The position numbers and the translations under genes were made by a program. This document shows positions 1-14,165 of a DNA stretch of 64,000 nt, piece by piece; the stretch's first letter is position 1, and every line of letters starts with the position of its first letter. Under the pieces are notes generated by a model, which saw only the letters and a list, made by a program, of their open reading frames with translations, had not been told where the DNA came from and ran no database searches. Origin of the DNA: Eledone cirrhosa (lineage: Eukaryota); contig OZ024742.1 of the NCBI GenBank assembly GCA_964016885.1, positions 298,964,001-299,028,000 on the forward strand. The letters run 5' to 3'.

Positions 1-77
1 GGAAAGTTATACAATCACAAAATATGATCAAATCCACCAGAATGAAAACAAATGTATGAAATGTCTATATATATAAT

Positions 78-145
78 ATCCAGTGATGTATTATTCATGT
101 ATATAGTGTGGTTTGACCCAAACTAAGTATCAAGATGACATGTCA

Positions 146-193
<48 letters not shown>

Positions 194-261
194 TGACATG
201 TCATCTTGATACTTAGTTTGGGTCAAACCACACTATATACATGAATAATACATCACTGGAT
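78..261. repeat. Perfect palindrome: two identical ~72-bp arms around a central (TA)n
   Basis: ATCCAGTGATG...CATGTCATCTGA (78-150) is the exact reverse complement of TCAGATGACATG...CATCACTGGAT (189-261); the spacer is pure (TA)n. Confidence 0.95.
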
Positions 262-831
262 GTTTCGTAGATTGAATAGTCTAGGTTGATCCCTGTCAGT
301 TTCAACGATATGTGTACTGTGTTGGTTTTCTTTTTGTGTTTTGTATGTCAGGAAAGGGATATGCCTGTGACTAGCTTAAAAGCCTTATATCCCCAAACAA
401 GAGACATAGCCCAATTGATTACAATAGACTAGATTAGACTTCGTTAAAGGCGTTCAAGAGCCACGTGGTGATATTAAATTAGATAACGGTATATGTCTAC
501 CCTGTTTCATCCACGGAACTACTAGCTCGCTAAATTAGCGTGCAGGTAGTGTAATTAACACCCCTCACTTTGAACAGGTCAGATCAAACACTTTCCGTCA
601 AACCAAATATATTAAAAGGTGTGTCTCGCCTAGGATACATACAGCGGGATCAAATCCGCAATGCCGTGATACTGAAGTGATCTTCCTAACCATCAGACCA
701 CACTGCGTTTATTTACATACACATATACCCACACACATATAGATATCCATATATATATATCTATACATACATATATATCTGTATCTATATAGCTCTCTTT
801 ATATGTGCGTATATATCTATATGTGTATATA

Positions 832-984
<153 letters not shown>

Positions 985-1035
985 ATATATACATACATAT
1001 ATATATATATATATAGCTGCAATTATATATATATA

Positions 1036-1200
1036 TTAACCCTGAGCACTGTATCTCAAGAGAAACATGGGTATTATTAACATCTCTAATATTGTGACTC
1101 AAAATAGAAGAAATTCCCGGTATGTGAACAAGAAATATATATTCAAGATTTCATCAGCTATATTCACATTTATCTTGTTTCATGGCGTAACGAGAAATAC
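1036..1200 (-). mobile_element. Short non-coding PLE-like 3' fragment ending in (TA)n, with degenerate hammerhead (1122-1169)
   Basis: Minus strand reads AUGUGAAUA-U-AG CUGAUGA AAUCUU GAAU AUAUAU UU CU-UGUUCACAU: long stem I, canonical CUGAUGA, but GAAU instead of GAAA; the 3' end runs into TA repeats. Confidence 0.5.
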
Positions 1201-1351
1201 AAATGCACACACGCACACTCACAGACACACACACACATACATCACACCCGCATACATACATACAAAGATACATCCATACATACATACATATATAGATACA
1301 TACATACATACATACATACATACATACATACATACATACATACATACATAC

Positions 1352-2281
1352 ATGATGATGATGGCTGCCTCCTCGTTATCGAGTATGGCCATTGCACGAG
1401 AAAAGAAAAAAAAATTAATTAATAAAGAAAAAAGAAAAAAAAGAAATATATATATATACATATATATATATATACATACACACATACATACACATATACA
1501 CACACACACATATACACACACACATACATTAATAACAATAATAATAATAACAATAATAATAACGACAACAACAATAATAATATACATATACATATATATA
1601 TATACACATACACGCACACACATAAGCATATCTATACACACACACACACACGATAGCAACTAACAGCGCTGCGATCGAATGTGGCTTTTTAGCCCAGCCA
1701 ATGATCTAAAATGTCTTGCACAGAGTCGGCAACCAAAACATTCACTGGGAATAGTCGGCTGTGGTTGGAGTTCGTGTACTTTTGCATGTCGCTTGAGCCC
1801 TCCTGCTGATTTACATTCTCTACCATATGTTTGGCAAGCATGATGAGTAGCATCTCCAACAGCAGCCTGGTAGTCAACCACTGGTCTTACTTTATGACTG
1901 CGAAGATGACTTTCGAGTCCAGCTTTGCTTAGGCAGAGTCTCGCACAGACGCTGCATGTCAGCACCATAGGAGAACCCTCGCCGTCTGGAAGTGCAAAAG
2001 CAATGCCCTTCCTCACATCCCGCTTTACTTTCTCGTATGCGATTCGAGATGCCTCAAAGGCAACTTTTCCCTCATATACAGTCTTTCTCCATTTATTACG
2101 ATCAGCAGCAATATTTTCCCATGTATCAGCAGAGATGTTAGCGTCTTTCAGAGAGGCTTTCAAGGAATCCTTATACCTCTTTTTTTGGTTTATGTGGCGG
2201 TCGTTTACCTTTAACCAACTCTCCATAAAAGAGTTGTTTTGGTATTCTAGAATCCTTCATCCTGGCAAGGTGACCACTCCA
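1352..2281 (-). mobile_element. 5'-truncated RTE-clade LINE (ORF C-terminus with three C2H2-like fingers, (CAT)n tail), flanked by (CATA)n
   Basis: Minus-strand translation WSGHLARMKDSRIPKQLFYGELVKGKR, frameshift, then KRYKDSLKASL..WENIAADRNKWR and three CxxC..GL..H motifs (ORF 1660-2226). Likely tail GGCAGCCATCATCATCAT ends at ~1352; simple repeats interrupt 1400-1655. Confidence 0.8.
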
Positions 2282-2345
2282 TACATACATACATACATAC
2301 ATACATACATACATACATACATACATACATACATACATACATACA

Positions 2346-3805
2346 TGGAAGAGCTGTGCCCTCCTCTAGAAATCTAGAGATGAACGGCCTGAAAATACAT
2401 CCTCTACAGTTAGGTGACAACTTCAGATATCTTGGACAGGATGAGAATGTCAGATATGATGGACCCATAAATAAGGAGAGAACCAGCACTGAATACCTCA
2501 GAAGAGTAAAGAAAATATGGTCATCAGAACTGTCAGCGGACAACAAATACATTGCCCACAATACTTATGCTGTGCCAATTCTAACGCCAACATTTGGCCT
2601 GCTGAACTGGTCATTGCAGAACTAAGTGAGATGGATGTTAGAACTCGCAAACTTCTCAGTGTTACTGGGAACTTTAACATCAATGGTGATGTGGATAGGG
2701 TATACTTCTCACGCAAGGAAGGTGGCCGGGGTCTAAAATCCATATTAACATCATATGAGACCCGGATAGTAACACTGAAGCAACACCTGCAACAGAGGAA
2801 AAAGGTTGGCAACCATCTTGCCCAGGTTTATGACCATGAAAAAAAAATATCATTAGAATAGCGACTGATCTGGAGGAGAGATATGGAATAAAGTCTGATA
2901 TAAATCTCTCACCCAGAGAAATCGGAAGATCCTATTCAATGTTCAAACAAGATGAAAAAATTGACCAATTTACAGAAAAAGTTGTGCATGGATACTTGAG
3001 ACGTAAAACACAGACCATAGAGGGGATAAACCACTCAAAAAGTCTGGCATGGAGTTCCGACAAGTTTATGACATCACACCTTGAGGGATATCTCTATGCA
3101 ATACAGGAACAAGAACTCCCTACCAAATATCTGCTGCACAAAATGGGAGGGCCATCAGCTGATAATAAATGTAGGCTATGTAAAACAAAGCTCGAGGATG
3201 TAAGCCACATTGTTGCCAGCTGCGAAAGAATGTCATCTCGCTACTACCACCCCATGAGACACGATGGGATAACTAGAACCATCTGGAACGCACTTCGGAA
3301 AACAAAATTAACAACAAACGAGGAAGAATATATTGAGACAGATGGCACTAAGGAATACTGGTGGAACCTGAAAATAAAAACTGCCACCAAATTAAAGCAC
3401 AACCGGCCTGATATTGTTGTTTTGGACCACACATTGAAAACGTGTTCTGTTGTGGAGATCAGCTGCCCAGTTGATGTAAACGTTGTCAGAAAAATACAGG
3501 AGAAGGAGGACATCTACGGACCATTGATGAGGAGTTTACAAATCCAGTATCTAAGATACACCTTTAGCTTCATACCCATCATTATTGGAGCTACAGGTTG
3601 GACCAAAGTATGACTGAACTTGGATTTGCGGACAAAGAGCGCAGCTCCCTAATTCATAGTCTACAAATAGCTGCGATAGCTGGCACCTTCAAAATTTGCA
3701 AAATATTCTTGCGATTCAAGGGATGACAATTTCTTTTTTTTTACAACCTTGCCACCAGGAAGGTGGCCGGTCAAAAAGTATACTCGAAATTAAGAGAAAG
3801 AGATG
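2346..3805 (+). mobile_element. 5'-truncated R4/Dong-clade (RLE) non-LTR retrotransposon, frameshifted
   Basis: ORF pieces FRYLGQDE, RKEGGRGL, AIQEQEL, CRLC..EDVSHIVASC zinc knuckle, RHD, HNRPDIVV, VEISCP, IPIIIGATG; (CATA)n on both sides. Confidence 0.9.
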
Positions 3806-3819
3806 ACATACATACATAC

Positions 3820-6800
3820 TAGACAGTCAACGCGATCAGTCGCATATTTTGGCGTGGGAGACTATTTATTAAATTTAAGATGAATACTATCTCCGACAGT
3901 AATGCCACAACTACAGTCAAGTTGAATAACTGGTTATTCTTCTAACTACCCCTTCTGAAGACACCTTTTATTCGAATTCGTAGAAATATAATATCCGACT
4001 AAATACATAATTCATTTTACAAGGATTTGCTACAAACAGCATGGCTGAACACAACATCAACAAAAAAATTAAGGAAGTACCGAAGACAAATAACAAGGAA
4101 GGTAATCAAACTTTATTCAGTTGTAGCTACAGAAGAAGCCTAAATTATAAATCGCATTTCTCTTGGAGTTGCGAACTTAATAATGATTTATTTAATTGTT
4201 ATAAAATGGCAAAAAACAATCCCTCCATTGGCTATATGAATAGAATGAAGCTACACTGGGAGAAAATGCAACCAGAGCTAAATTATTTCACAGCGAAACA
4301 ATTACGCCAACAAGCGACGTTTGTTGAACGTAAAAATAAGATAAATATTATTAATTGTAAGTCCCCAACAACAAACATGCTATCAACAACACGTGCTACA
4401 GGTCGCCATGCTACTAGACTTCCTAGCAGCCAGGTCGAACAGCACCTTGAAACAACTATGCCTGTAAGAAACTTGACACCACCTGTACCATCTAAGTCTA
4501 CCTCGAATGCTGGGGAAAACACTCGATAATAATAATAATCGAATAAATGTGACACCACGTGTACCATCCGAGTCTACCTCGACTGTTGTGGAAAATACTA
4601 TCGATAATGATAATCAAAAGTATAAACAATTGAAAATTTCCCCCCAACGAAATCTCCCAGAGAGAAATTAACTCATGTATAAATATCTCTCTTGCTGAAC
4701 GTGTTAAAACGACAATGTTGAATAAAAAACCAAATAATGAAATACTACGTGTTATTGGCGAAATAGGGGATGAATATTTACGACGGATAAAAACCCCAAC
4801 ATTTTGGCAAATCAACGCCTGTTTATATGCCCTAGAAACGACAGTGAAGCATTATCTTGGTGATAGCAGAGATATTAACAATAACAAAACACCACCAAAC
4901 ATACCATCATATATAACTAAAATAGAAAAAAAGATTGCTGACCTACGAAAAAACATAGGATATGTGACAATGCTCCTTACATGCAAACAAACACAAAAAA
5001 ACCTCACTCCTCACCAACAAAGAGTGAAAAATTAAATAGAGACGATGTTTGGTAACAGTAGAACCAGAACTCTCCAATATAAGCTGATCACCCTCAAACA
5101 AGAATTGAGAGCTGTTAGCGAAAAACGCCGATACCTGAAGAAGGTAGATGAGAGAAAAGTGCTTAATAAAAGATTCAGACGAAACCAAACATCAGTCTAT
5201 AGAGATATGAAGGGCAAAATAATAAGTGTCACTGAGGCCCCATCCCAGAAAGACATAGATTCCTTTTGGAGCAAAATATGGGGTGAAAAGAAGAATTTCA
5301 ACCAAGATGCAGTGTGAGAAATCCGAAAGAACTATTGCTCCTACACTACAACAAAACATACGAAATAAGTGAGGGTACCTTTGAGACTGTGATAGGAAAA
5401 CTCCAAGATAAGAAAACACCAGGAAGAGACATGATTGTCGGCTACTGGTACAAAAAACTGATATTCTATCGGAGGTATCTTACTGACCTCTACCAACAAG
5501 TTCTTAAGGGAGATACACGTATACCTGAATGGTTGACATTAGCACAAACATTACTGGTCCCCAAGAACAAAGACACCCACTTGGCAAAAAACTACCTACC
5601 CATTGCATGCCAGAACCTGATGTATAAGATGTATACAGCCTGCCTGAACCTATTCCTCCAAGATCACTGTGAAAATAATAACATCATCACAGATGAACAA
5701 GAAAGGGGTTTGGGGATGGGTTGAACAACTCCTAATCAACAAAACTGCGATGTCGGAGGTGCGACAACTTAGGAGGAATATGACTACAGTCTGGCTGGAC
5801 TTCAGGAAAGCTTTTGATTCTATTCCCCACTCTTGGATGATAGAGTCCCTCCAACTTGTTAATGTCACAGACATTATTGTCAGAGCCATAGAGAGGCTGT
5901 CTTCTTCTTGGGCTACTATCCTAGGTTAAAGACAGAGAGGGAGGACTCTATTTTCACTGATAAAATAAAATATTGCAGGGGTATATTTCAGGGGGACAGT
6001 CTCTCTGTGATATTATTCATCTTGTCATTAAACCCCTTGTCCTTTCTGCTCAAGAAATGTGAGGGATACATCATTGGCTCACAGGGGGACAGAAATACGA
6101 ACCTAAACCATAATTTCTTTGTGGACGATCTGAAAATCTATGCCAAGAACATGGATTGGATGGAGAAGAATCTTGACCTGGTTACAAGGTTCTCAAAGGA
6201 TATAGGAATGGTGTTTGGCCAAGATAAATGCTCATACATGATTGTAAAGCGGGGAAAATCAACAACCCAATCTAACAACATCACCAATATCTGATGAGGA
6301 CTGCTACAGATAGCTGGGGATAGATGAGAACATATCCTATAATGGTATCTGTAATAAAAAACGCGTAACCAGGGAATACTACACCCGATTAAGAAATATC
6401 TAGTCATCGGAACTCTCTGCGCAAAACAAAACAGTGACTCACAATGTGATTGCTGTGCCTGTCCTAACACCAACGTTTGGAATACTCAATTGGACGATAG
6501 ATGAAATCCGAGCAGTTGATGTTGGAACTCGAAAAATACTGAACAGCACCGGAAACTTCCACATCAACAGTGACATAGACCGCTTTTACTTGAAATGTAA
6601 GCAGGGAAGCAGAGGCCTAACATCAGTCCAGACAACATTTGAATGTCGCATCATATCTCTCCGACAACATCTAAGAACCTCGAAGCGTAGGAGCCCGTTT
6701 CTCGAGCAAGTCTATCTGCATGAAACAGATAAGATCATGAGAGTTGGGAAGGAACTCCTTGAGAGATATTTCCTGTGTGATAATAAAAAAAACTCACACC

Positions 6801-7871
6801 CAGGGATGTCGCTCAGCAGTATAGCAGTGAATCCATGGATGAAAAACTGCATGCCTATCAGCAAAAAATCATGCATGGATATGTTGCCAAGAAGCTCCAG
6901 AGTGAGAGTAATATAGATAAGGAAAGTAGTCTATCTTGGACCAACAACGGTTATATTGGCTCTCACTTTGAAGGATACGCTTTTGCAATCCAGGAACAGG
7001 AGATTAGCACGAAATACCTGATTCACAAAAGAGATAGGGATGCAGGCAAAACACCTAGATGTGATAACAAGTGCAGACTCTGCAGAACTAACATCGAGGA
7101 TATCACCCATGTCATCAGCAGCTGTCAAAAGATGTCATCGCGGTACTATCTACCTATGAGTGGCCAAAACACTGTACAATGCAGTTCGTAAAAAAGATAG
7201 CCACGATAATAAACACATTAAAAGCTACAACAATGTGGAAGACATACATCCATGTACATAATATGAAAGAGTACTGGTGGAATGTTCCAGTAAAAACCCC
7301 AATAAAATGCAGGCATAACAGACCAGATATTATGACATGGGACAGGGGGAAGAAAACATGCACAGCAGTGGAAATTAGCTGCCCAGCAGATGCCAATATG
7401 ATATCAAAGATTAGTGAAAAGGAGAATATTTATGCAGATCTGATGAGAAACCTGCAGATACTCCACCCTGATTTATGCCTGTGATTACTGAGGCACTGGG
7501 ATATGTTAATAACTGCCTCAATACAAATCCTGAGAAGCTAGGCTTCACAGGAACAGAGAGAACACAACTAGTTAGGAAACTACAAGTACAATCCATTAAT
7601 GGAACAGTAAAAATATGTAAAACATTCCAAATATTTTGCATCTAATGACAGCATATACACATGTACAGATATAAAGCATATACACATGCACACATACAAC
7701 TCAAAACATCCACATCCACACATACAATAACATCCATATCTACACATACATGCATACATACATATCTACCTAGTTGATGTTGTGTAAATTCCAATGAGAG
7801 TCTTGTGTCTACGTTAGAAACCGACTCTCTCTCTATTAGTAAAACTTTGTGAAATTATAAAACCAGAAGAA
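3820..7871 (+). mobile_element. Near full-length but degraded R4/Dong-clade (RLE) non-LTR retrotransposon
   Basis: N-terminal W..E.N..L..CY...GYMNRM..W..T.KQLRQQ motif (ORF 4041). RT motifs KTPGRD, NYLPIAC, WLDFRKAFDSIPH, GIFQGDSLS, FFVDDLK. CRLC..THVISSC knuckle, HNRPDI, VEISCP. Many stops and frameshifts; (CATA)n at both ends. Confidence 0.93.
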
Positions 7872-7886
7872 CATACATACATACAT

Positions 7887-8340
7887 AGCTGCCCAGCAGA
7901 TGCCAATATAACAGTAAAGATTAACGAAAAGGAGAATATGTATGAAGAACATTAGATTTATGTCTGTGATTATTGGGGCACTGGGATATGTTAGTAACTG
8001 CCTCGGTACAAATCTTGAGAAGCTGGGCTTCACAGAAATAGAAAGAACACGACTAGGTAGGAAAGTACAATCCATGAATGGATGAGTAAAAATTAGTAAA
8101 ACATTCCAAAAATGTTGCATCTAATAACTGCATATATACTTGTACAAAGCATATCCACATGCACACACTTTAGTCAAAACATCCACACATACAATAACAT
8201 CCATACCTGCACACACATGCATGCAGACATGCATACATATCTATCTAGTTGATGTTGTTTAAATTCCAATGAGAGGGTCTTTTATCTACGTTAGAAACTG
8301 ACTCTCTTCCTATTGGCAAAAATTATAAAACCAGAAGAAC
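7887..8340 (+). mobile_element. Short 3' copy of the same R4-like family, in tandem
   Basis: Starts AGCTGCCCAGCAGATGCC (cf. 7377) and repeats the 3' UTR down to AAAACCAGAAGAACATAC; a (CATA)n run separates it from the previous copy. Confidence 0.88.
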
Positions 8341-8357
8341 ATACATATATAATATAT

Positions 8358-8390
<33 letters not shown>

Positions 8391-8393
8391 ATG

Positions 8394-8476
<83 letters not shown>

Positions 8477-10180
8477 AAAATGCTATAAATAAACAGAAAA
8501 CATATTCGCAGAAGATTATCTGTACATGTTCTAATTTATACAATGGAAGGAATGTGGAATTATGAAATGAAGATCTAAAAGTAATATATTTAATATTAAT
8601 ATTGTTATTAGATATTCTCAAAAGAATATTATTATCATCAATTTAAAATTAGATATCTTATAATCCAAATGATGAGTTATTGTTATTTTTGATACTAGTT
8701 GGCACGTGTGAAATAAGTTTTCAATGCTTACCATGCTCAAAAAATCAGTGTAAGCCCGGCTTTTCCGAAACACCTGGTTATGAGTAAATGGCCAAGGGGC
8801 AGCGTTATTTTATATAAAAAGAAAGTGTTTTTAATGAGTTACTTGTAAGCTTATGTAACAATTTATGCCGTTATTTATAATTTTTGTTCTATAAGATTTA
8901 CAAATTTCAATTTTAATAAAGCAATATAAAACGAACTAAATTTAACATGCATGTAATTTAACGTTATAAATGCACAAATATTTAAAAATATACATCTATT
9001 TATTTGGAATATACCATAGAATACATATATATATATACAAAGCTCTTGTCCACTGGAAAAGGATAAAGAAGCTGTTACCGCTTGCCTTTGGAATCACGTA
9101 TGGGACCGCTAGAAAATTTGCCTCTGATCACAACCTTTATGAGGACATTGGGGGGGGGGGGGGGGGTTACCTTAATACATTCTGTTTCAGAATAAAAATA
9201 AATATAACTTCTTTAAAATTAAGAAAAGAAATTGACGATTCCAGGATGCAAAAATGTACTGGAAAATATTGCATTGAACTGTACATTAACCAAAACTTAG
9301 TTGCGTGACAAAAGTTGCTTTCGCATAACCTATCGTACACACAAACAAACATACTGATTAATAACTTTTGTATATACTGAAAGCCAAATCAATGCATATT
9401 AAGCTACAGTTTTTAAAGCGTAACCGAGAAAATATATTTTACAACGAATAAATATTTATTAGTTCCTTGCACATAGAAGAGAAATATAAATGTTTGTCAA
9501 CAAATATATGAATGAATGAATAGATATGTCTACTAATTATGAATTTAATTTGTTTTCCAGTGAGGCATGGGATATAGAGGAGATATACGATATGAATTCC
9601 TTTGTTTTATTGTTACAACGAAAGTAATTTAGTGATATCATTGGAATATAATTGATGACTTCATGTATACGAGATTTCGTGATTTCTCAGAAAGATTTCG
9701 TGACTTTAGATAAAGCTAGCCATAATTACAAAGTCACAAAGTGCACAAACATACATGTCGAGAGGTGCTATAATATGAATTTCCCGAGCAGTGTGGTAAA
9801 CTGATAAATTAATACGTCTAAAAATATATATATAGCGTTATCATATTAATCGATGTATATTAATTTATTTGAAGATTGTTTTTATTTTTTTATTTTTTAG
9901 TGATGGAATATTAAATGTTCTGCATACTTATTAATGAAGAGGGCATTTGCAATATTTGCGGATGTTTTATTCTCTAAATCACATGAGGTGTAGGAAAGTT
10001 AAAATTAAATATTAAAGTGTCCCAATGCCTCAACTATTTATTTTTTCTGCAATAATAAAACGGTCATTGCATTTCCCTCACACTAGAAAAGGGAAAGCTG
10101 TGGATATGCTGAGGGAAGTGGAACATAAAAGTAAAATATTATAAAGAGAAGAAGAGTAGATAGATAAGGAAGGAAAAATA

Positions 10181-10358
10181 ATTGTTTCTACTTTTGCCAC
10201 AAGGCCAGCAATTAACCAGTGCATTACTGGTACTTTATTTTATCGACCCCGTAAGGATGAAAGGCAAAGTTACCTCGGCGGGATTTGAACTCAGAATGGC
10301 AAGGGCCGTAAATCTATGCGTCAAAGCATGGCGTCCGACCCTCTACCGATACTGCCAA
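10181..10358 (-). mobile_element. tRNA-derived SINE (family A)
   Basis: Minus strand has an A-box-like TGGCAGTATCGG, a B-box-like GAGTTCAAATCC and the body CCTTTCATCCTTACGGGGTCGATAAAATAAAGTACCAG, shared with at least 6 other copies in the window. Confidence 0.85.
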
Positions 10359-10935
10359 TCCATAATGATAGAGAGATATTTGATAAGACATTAGAGGTAT
10401 AGAGAATGAGTGACTGATAGAGTATAAAAATGAGAGGAAGAGAGAAATTTGTATGTGATATTGAACTGAATGTGGAAGGTTGGATACAATTTTAATTCAC
10501 ATAAGTAATTTATTAGATAGAGAGGAAAAGAAAGATAAGGAAGTATGCCAGTGAGTCTGGTTTGAGGCAAAATAACTTGAAGAGGTTAAAATGAAACACA
10601 AAATAATGGTGCAAGACCTAAAGCCAAAATACAGGTATTACCTTATTTGTGTCTCAATACATATAGAAACCGTAAATAAGGACCCATTTAATGAGTAATC
10701 ACTAAAGCAGAAACCATATTCTGAAATGTGTATTTTAGTTTGTGAATAGCAATCTACTGTACTTACTCTCATTTTCTTAAAAACTCTTCAATCTCCAATT
10801 AGCAAACATTATCACAAAATTGAATTACCCCGATAAGCAAAAGTGTATATATAGGCAAACTATTCTAAAGATAGTCTCGACTTCAGAAAATTAAACTGTG
10901 AGATTCGAAATAAATGTCTTACAAGTATTAATTAT

Positions 10936-11101
10936 GTAGAGGGTCGGACGCCATGCTTTGACGTATGACGTACGGCCCTTGCTATTCTGAGTTCAAATCC
11001 CGCCGAGGTTAACTTTGCCTTTCATCCTTACGGGGTCGATAAAATAAAGTACCAGTAATGTACTGCGTAATAGCTGGCCTTGTGCCTAACGTAGAAACAA
11101 T
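10936..11101 (+). mobile_element. tRNA-derived SINE (family A)
   Basis: GAGTTCAAATCCCGCCGAGGTTAACTTTGCCTTTCATCC...AGAAACAAT; inverted relative to the 10181 copy. Confidence 0.85.
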
Positions 11102-11977
11102 TGATTATATCGGTGTGTATGAGCAGTTGTGACTCGAAACATCACGTTGCAACAAACCAAGCAGAATACATTAATGGAAAGGTGCTGACCGCCATACGGA
11201 ACCAAGAAAACAAAGTTTTCATTAGTCTATTCATTGCTGATATTATCTGCTGGTCTCAACTCCTGATAGAAGAAGCAACGTTAAATAAAGTATTTCGCTT
11301 AAGAATACAAACCGGTGTTCGATCCAGTATCTGCGACCTTATGATTGATAATCCAACACCCTAACCAATAGCCTATGTGTCTAAAACGTTCCCATGATTC
11401 TTCTATGTTTCTTAAGTTCTATGTTAAGATGGATGCTAAAGAACACATGAAGAATCATATAATTCAAATGTTAATGTTCTTGAGCTGTCCGAGATATTTC
11501 AGTAAATGACCAAATCTAGAATGCCAAAGCAGACACCTTTCCTATCGTAAAATTGGTACAAAATATTGTAAGCTGAGATGGTTACGATGGCGTCGCAATC
11601 GAGCAGCTTAAAGACCAGGCGACTGGTTTAAGTGTCAAGTGATCTACTTATCGAAATGACATCGGACACTGAATGTAAGCTTTATCTAATAACGTTTCTT
11701 TGACAATTCACTAAGAATCAGCTGCTAAAGAGAGTGACAGTGAAATCCCGTATGGACACCTGTATTTATCTATAACATAGGTGGAGGCTATATATATATT
11801 ACTGAAGACATCTAAGAAGATAAAAAATTGGTTGGTCACATATTTAACTTCATATCAAACAAATATCCAACATGATTATAATTCGCCTGCCCAGGCACTC
11901 ACATAGACACGCACACACCAACACACACACACACAGCGTACTGCCGCTATAAATTTGTAAATGTGTGAATGAATGTT

Positions 11978-12036
<59 letters not shown>

Positions 12037-13853
12037 GCATACATATACAATTATATACATATATAGTATGTGTATATGAATATGTTCATGCACGCAAATG
12101 CATACATATTCATTGTCGTGTTTTAATATAGGCATAGCCTATGACGTAAAACACGTGCTCCCAATCAAATATATTGTGTATATGTAACAGTAAGCTGGAG
12201 AATGTTTGTCACTGATTGTATTAAATTACAGAAATTATGAATTGAAAACGAAGCAGTTTTTTTAATATATAATGGACAAGATCTTTTAGTAAAACAAATA
12301 GTTATATTTCTCTATATTAATTTATAACGTTAGACATATTTATGCAAACCACTGTATGAATGAGAATATATCCTCTAGGCGATATATTACTACGCTACTA
12401 CCCTAATCAATATTCAAGTAAATTGATAGATAATTCTCGATACAATTCTCCTGTGGATTATATAAGATCTCATATATAATATTGATAAACGTGCTCTTAG
12501 TCGGTAAATAGTAATACTTAAGTGAATATAAATGCTTGTCAATATTTTGTATTATTGAAGGTCAGTAACATACGTAGAACGGCTGAGTGGTGGACTAAAT
12601 ACTATACAGCAGACCTGCCAAACTCTAAGAATCTAAATGGGGCGTACGAAGAAAAAAAAGGGCCCTAAAACGGAGCGAAATGAGACAAAATGGAAATATT
12701 TTACATAATGAAATTTATACCTATTTTCACGAGAGACAATATCTTTCATCAATCCCAAAGTAGGTGGGAAATCTCCCCGTCGGGGAGAGTTGACAGGACT
12801 GATGCAGTATTTATTTCTGTTGCCATCTGATGAGTTTCTTTCTGTCGGTCTGATGTTTATGTTGCTGTCCTAGATGTTGAAAACAATGTAGATATCCGAT
12901 TGACCGCTGACAATGGACTGTTACCTGTTTATGTCCACTGTGTTTATATCCACTCCTTTTATTCATTCATTATCCCCACCATATGACATCTTTAACCTCT
13001 TGATTAAACCAGGCGGTAACACGCTACCCCATATCACACCTAGCTGCTTTCATCCACAGCATTTAACAACTGAACGGTCTCAACTCCATTTCAACGTCCT
13101 CACATCGTTCAGGGAATTCTCTGAATTTCGATGCATAACATACCGAAAGCGGAGGGTTTATGAATGTCCACATTCTCACCTGTGCTGTCCTTTCTGCACT
13201 ACACCTCAATAGGGTAGTTTCCATCCTCTACCAATCTACTGTAGCAGATCCACAGAATTTTGTTGAGGAGCCCATGGCCGGTAACAACATGCCTTTTCCC
13301 ATAGTTCCTTTAGGAATTGTAACGATATAGCTGTCAAATAATGTTTGCTGCCTTCTAGATACTTTTTCTGGTCTCAGGATACGCTACTGTTTTGTGTCCA
13401 TCCTACGCTTCCCATGACAGGTCGCATGCCGTTTGCCAGTTTTTTCGATGTTAGATGGAAGCTGTAATATATTTTCCTTCCAAGAAGATCCCTCTCCCTA
13501 AGAAGAACCAAACGTCACCCACACTACCTCGCACGAAGGATGATACGAAAGTATTGCCTTTATTGCAATTGACCTGTCAACATTTTTGACAACATAGATA
13601 GGCTAGTTTGTTATGTTATATAGCAACAACAACAATAACAATCGTAAAAATATTAATGGCTTCAGATTTAGCCCCGAGGACCCCAATTTGATGGATTGCA
13701 TTTACTCCATAAATATCAAAAGAAGTTGACTTTGTGGAATTTAAGCAGGAAACGCAAATAGCCGGAACAAATACTGCAAACATTTTCTCCGATGCACTAA
13801 AGATTCTGTACAATTTTTCGCACACGCACAGATGCACGCACCTGCGTGTGTGA

Positions 13854-13901
<48 letters not shown>

Positions 13902-14131
13902 CAAAGTTGTAAACAGAAACGCATCATGTATATCAAGCTCTCAGATTCGCAAGAAAGTATTTTTTTTATATATATGGAGTCCTTATTTCTATTATCACCT
14001 TCTTTCCCTTTGCTTCACCCACCTCATTCTCGCTCTATATATCCCTCGTTTTCTTCCCCACACACTCTCTGCATATGTTGCCCCCTCTTACAAAACCTTC
14101 TATATATCTCGCTTTCTTTAAATATATCACT

Positions 14132-14165
<34 letters not shown>

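Noticed and set aside
3820-3870. Possible HDV-like ribozyme at the 5' end of the full-length R4-like element
   Set aside because: Only a partial GACAGUC/GACUAUU pairing; I could not build the nested double pseudoknot by eye.
10181-11101. Inverted ~170-bp repeats as TIRs of a DNA transposon
   Set aside because: They are two oppositely oriented copies of an abundant SINE.
11795-11840. CUGAAGA-CAUCU..AGAU hammerhead-like motif
   Set aside because: GAAA is replaced by an A-run and stems I and III are unconvincing; at best a decayed copy.
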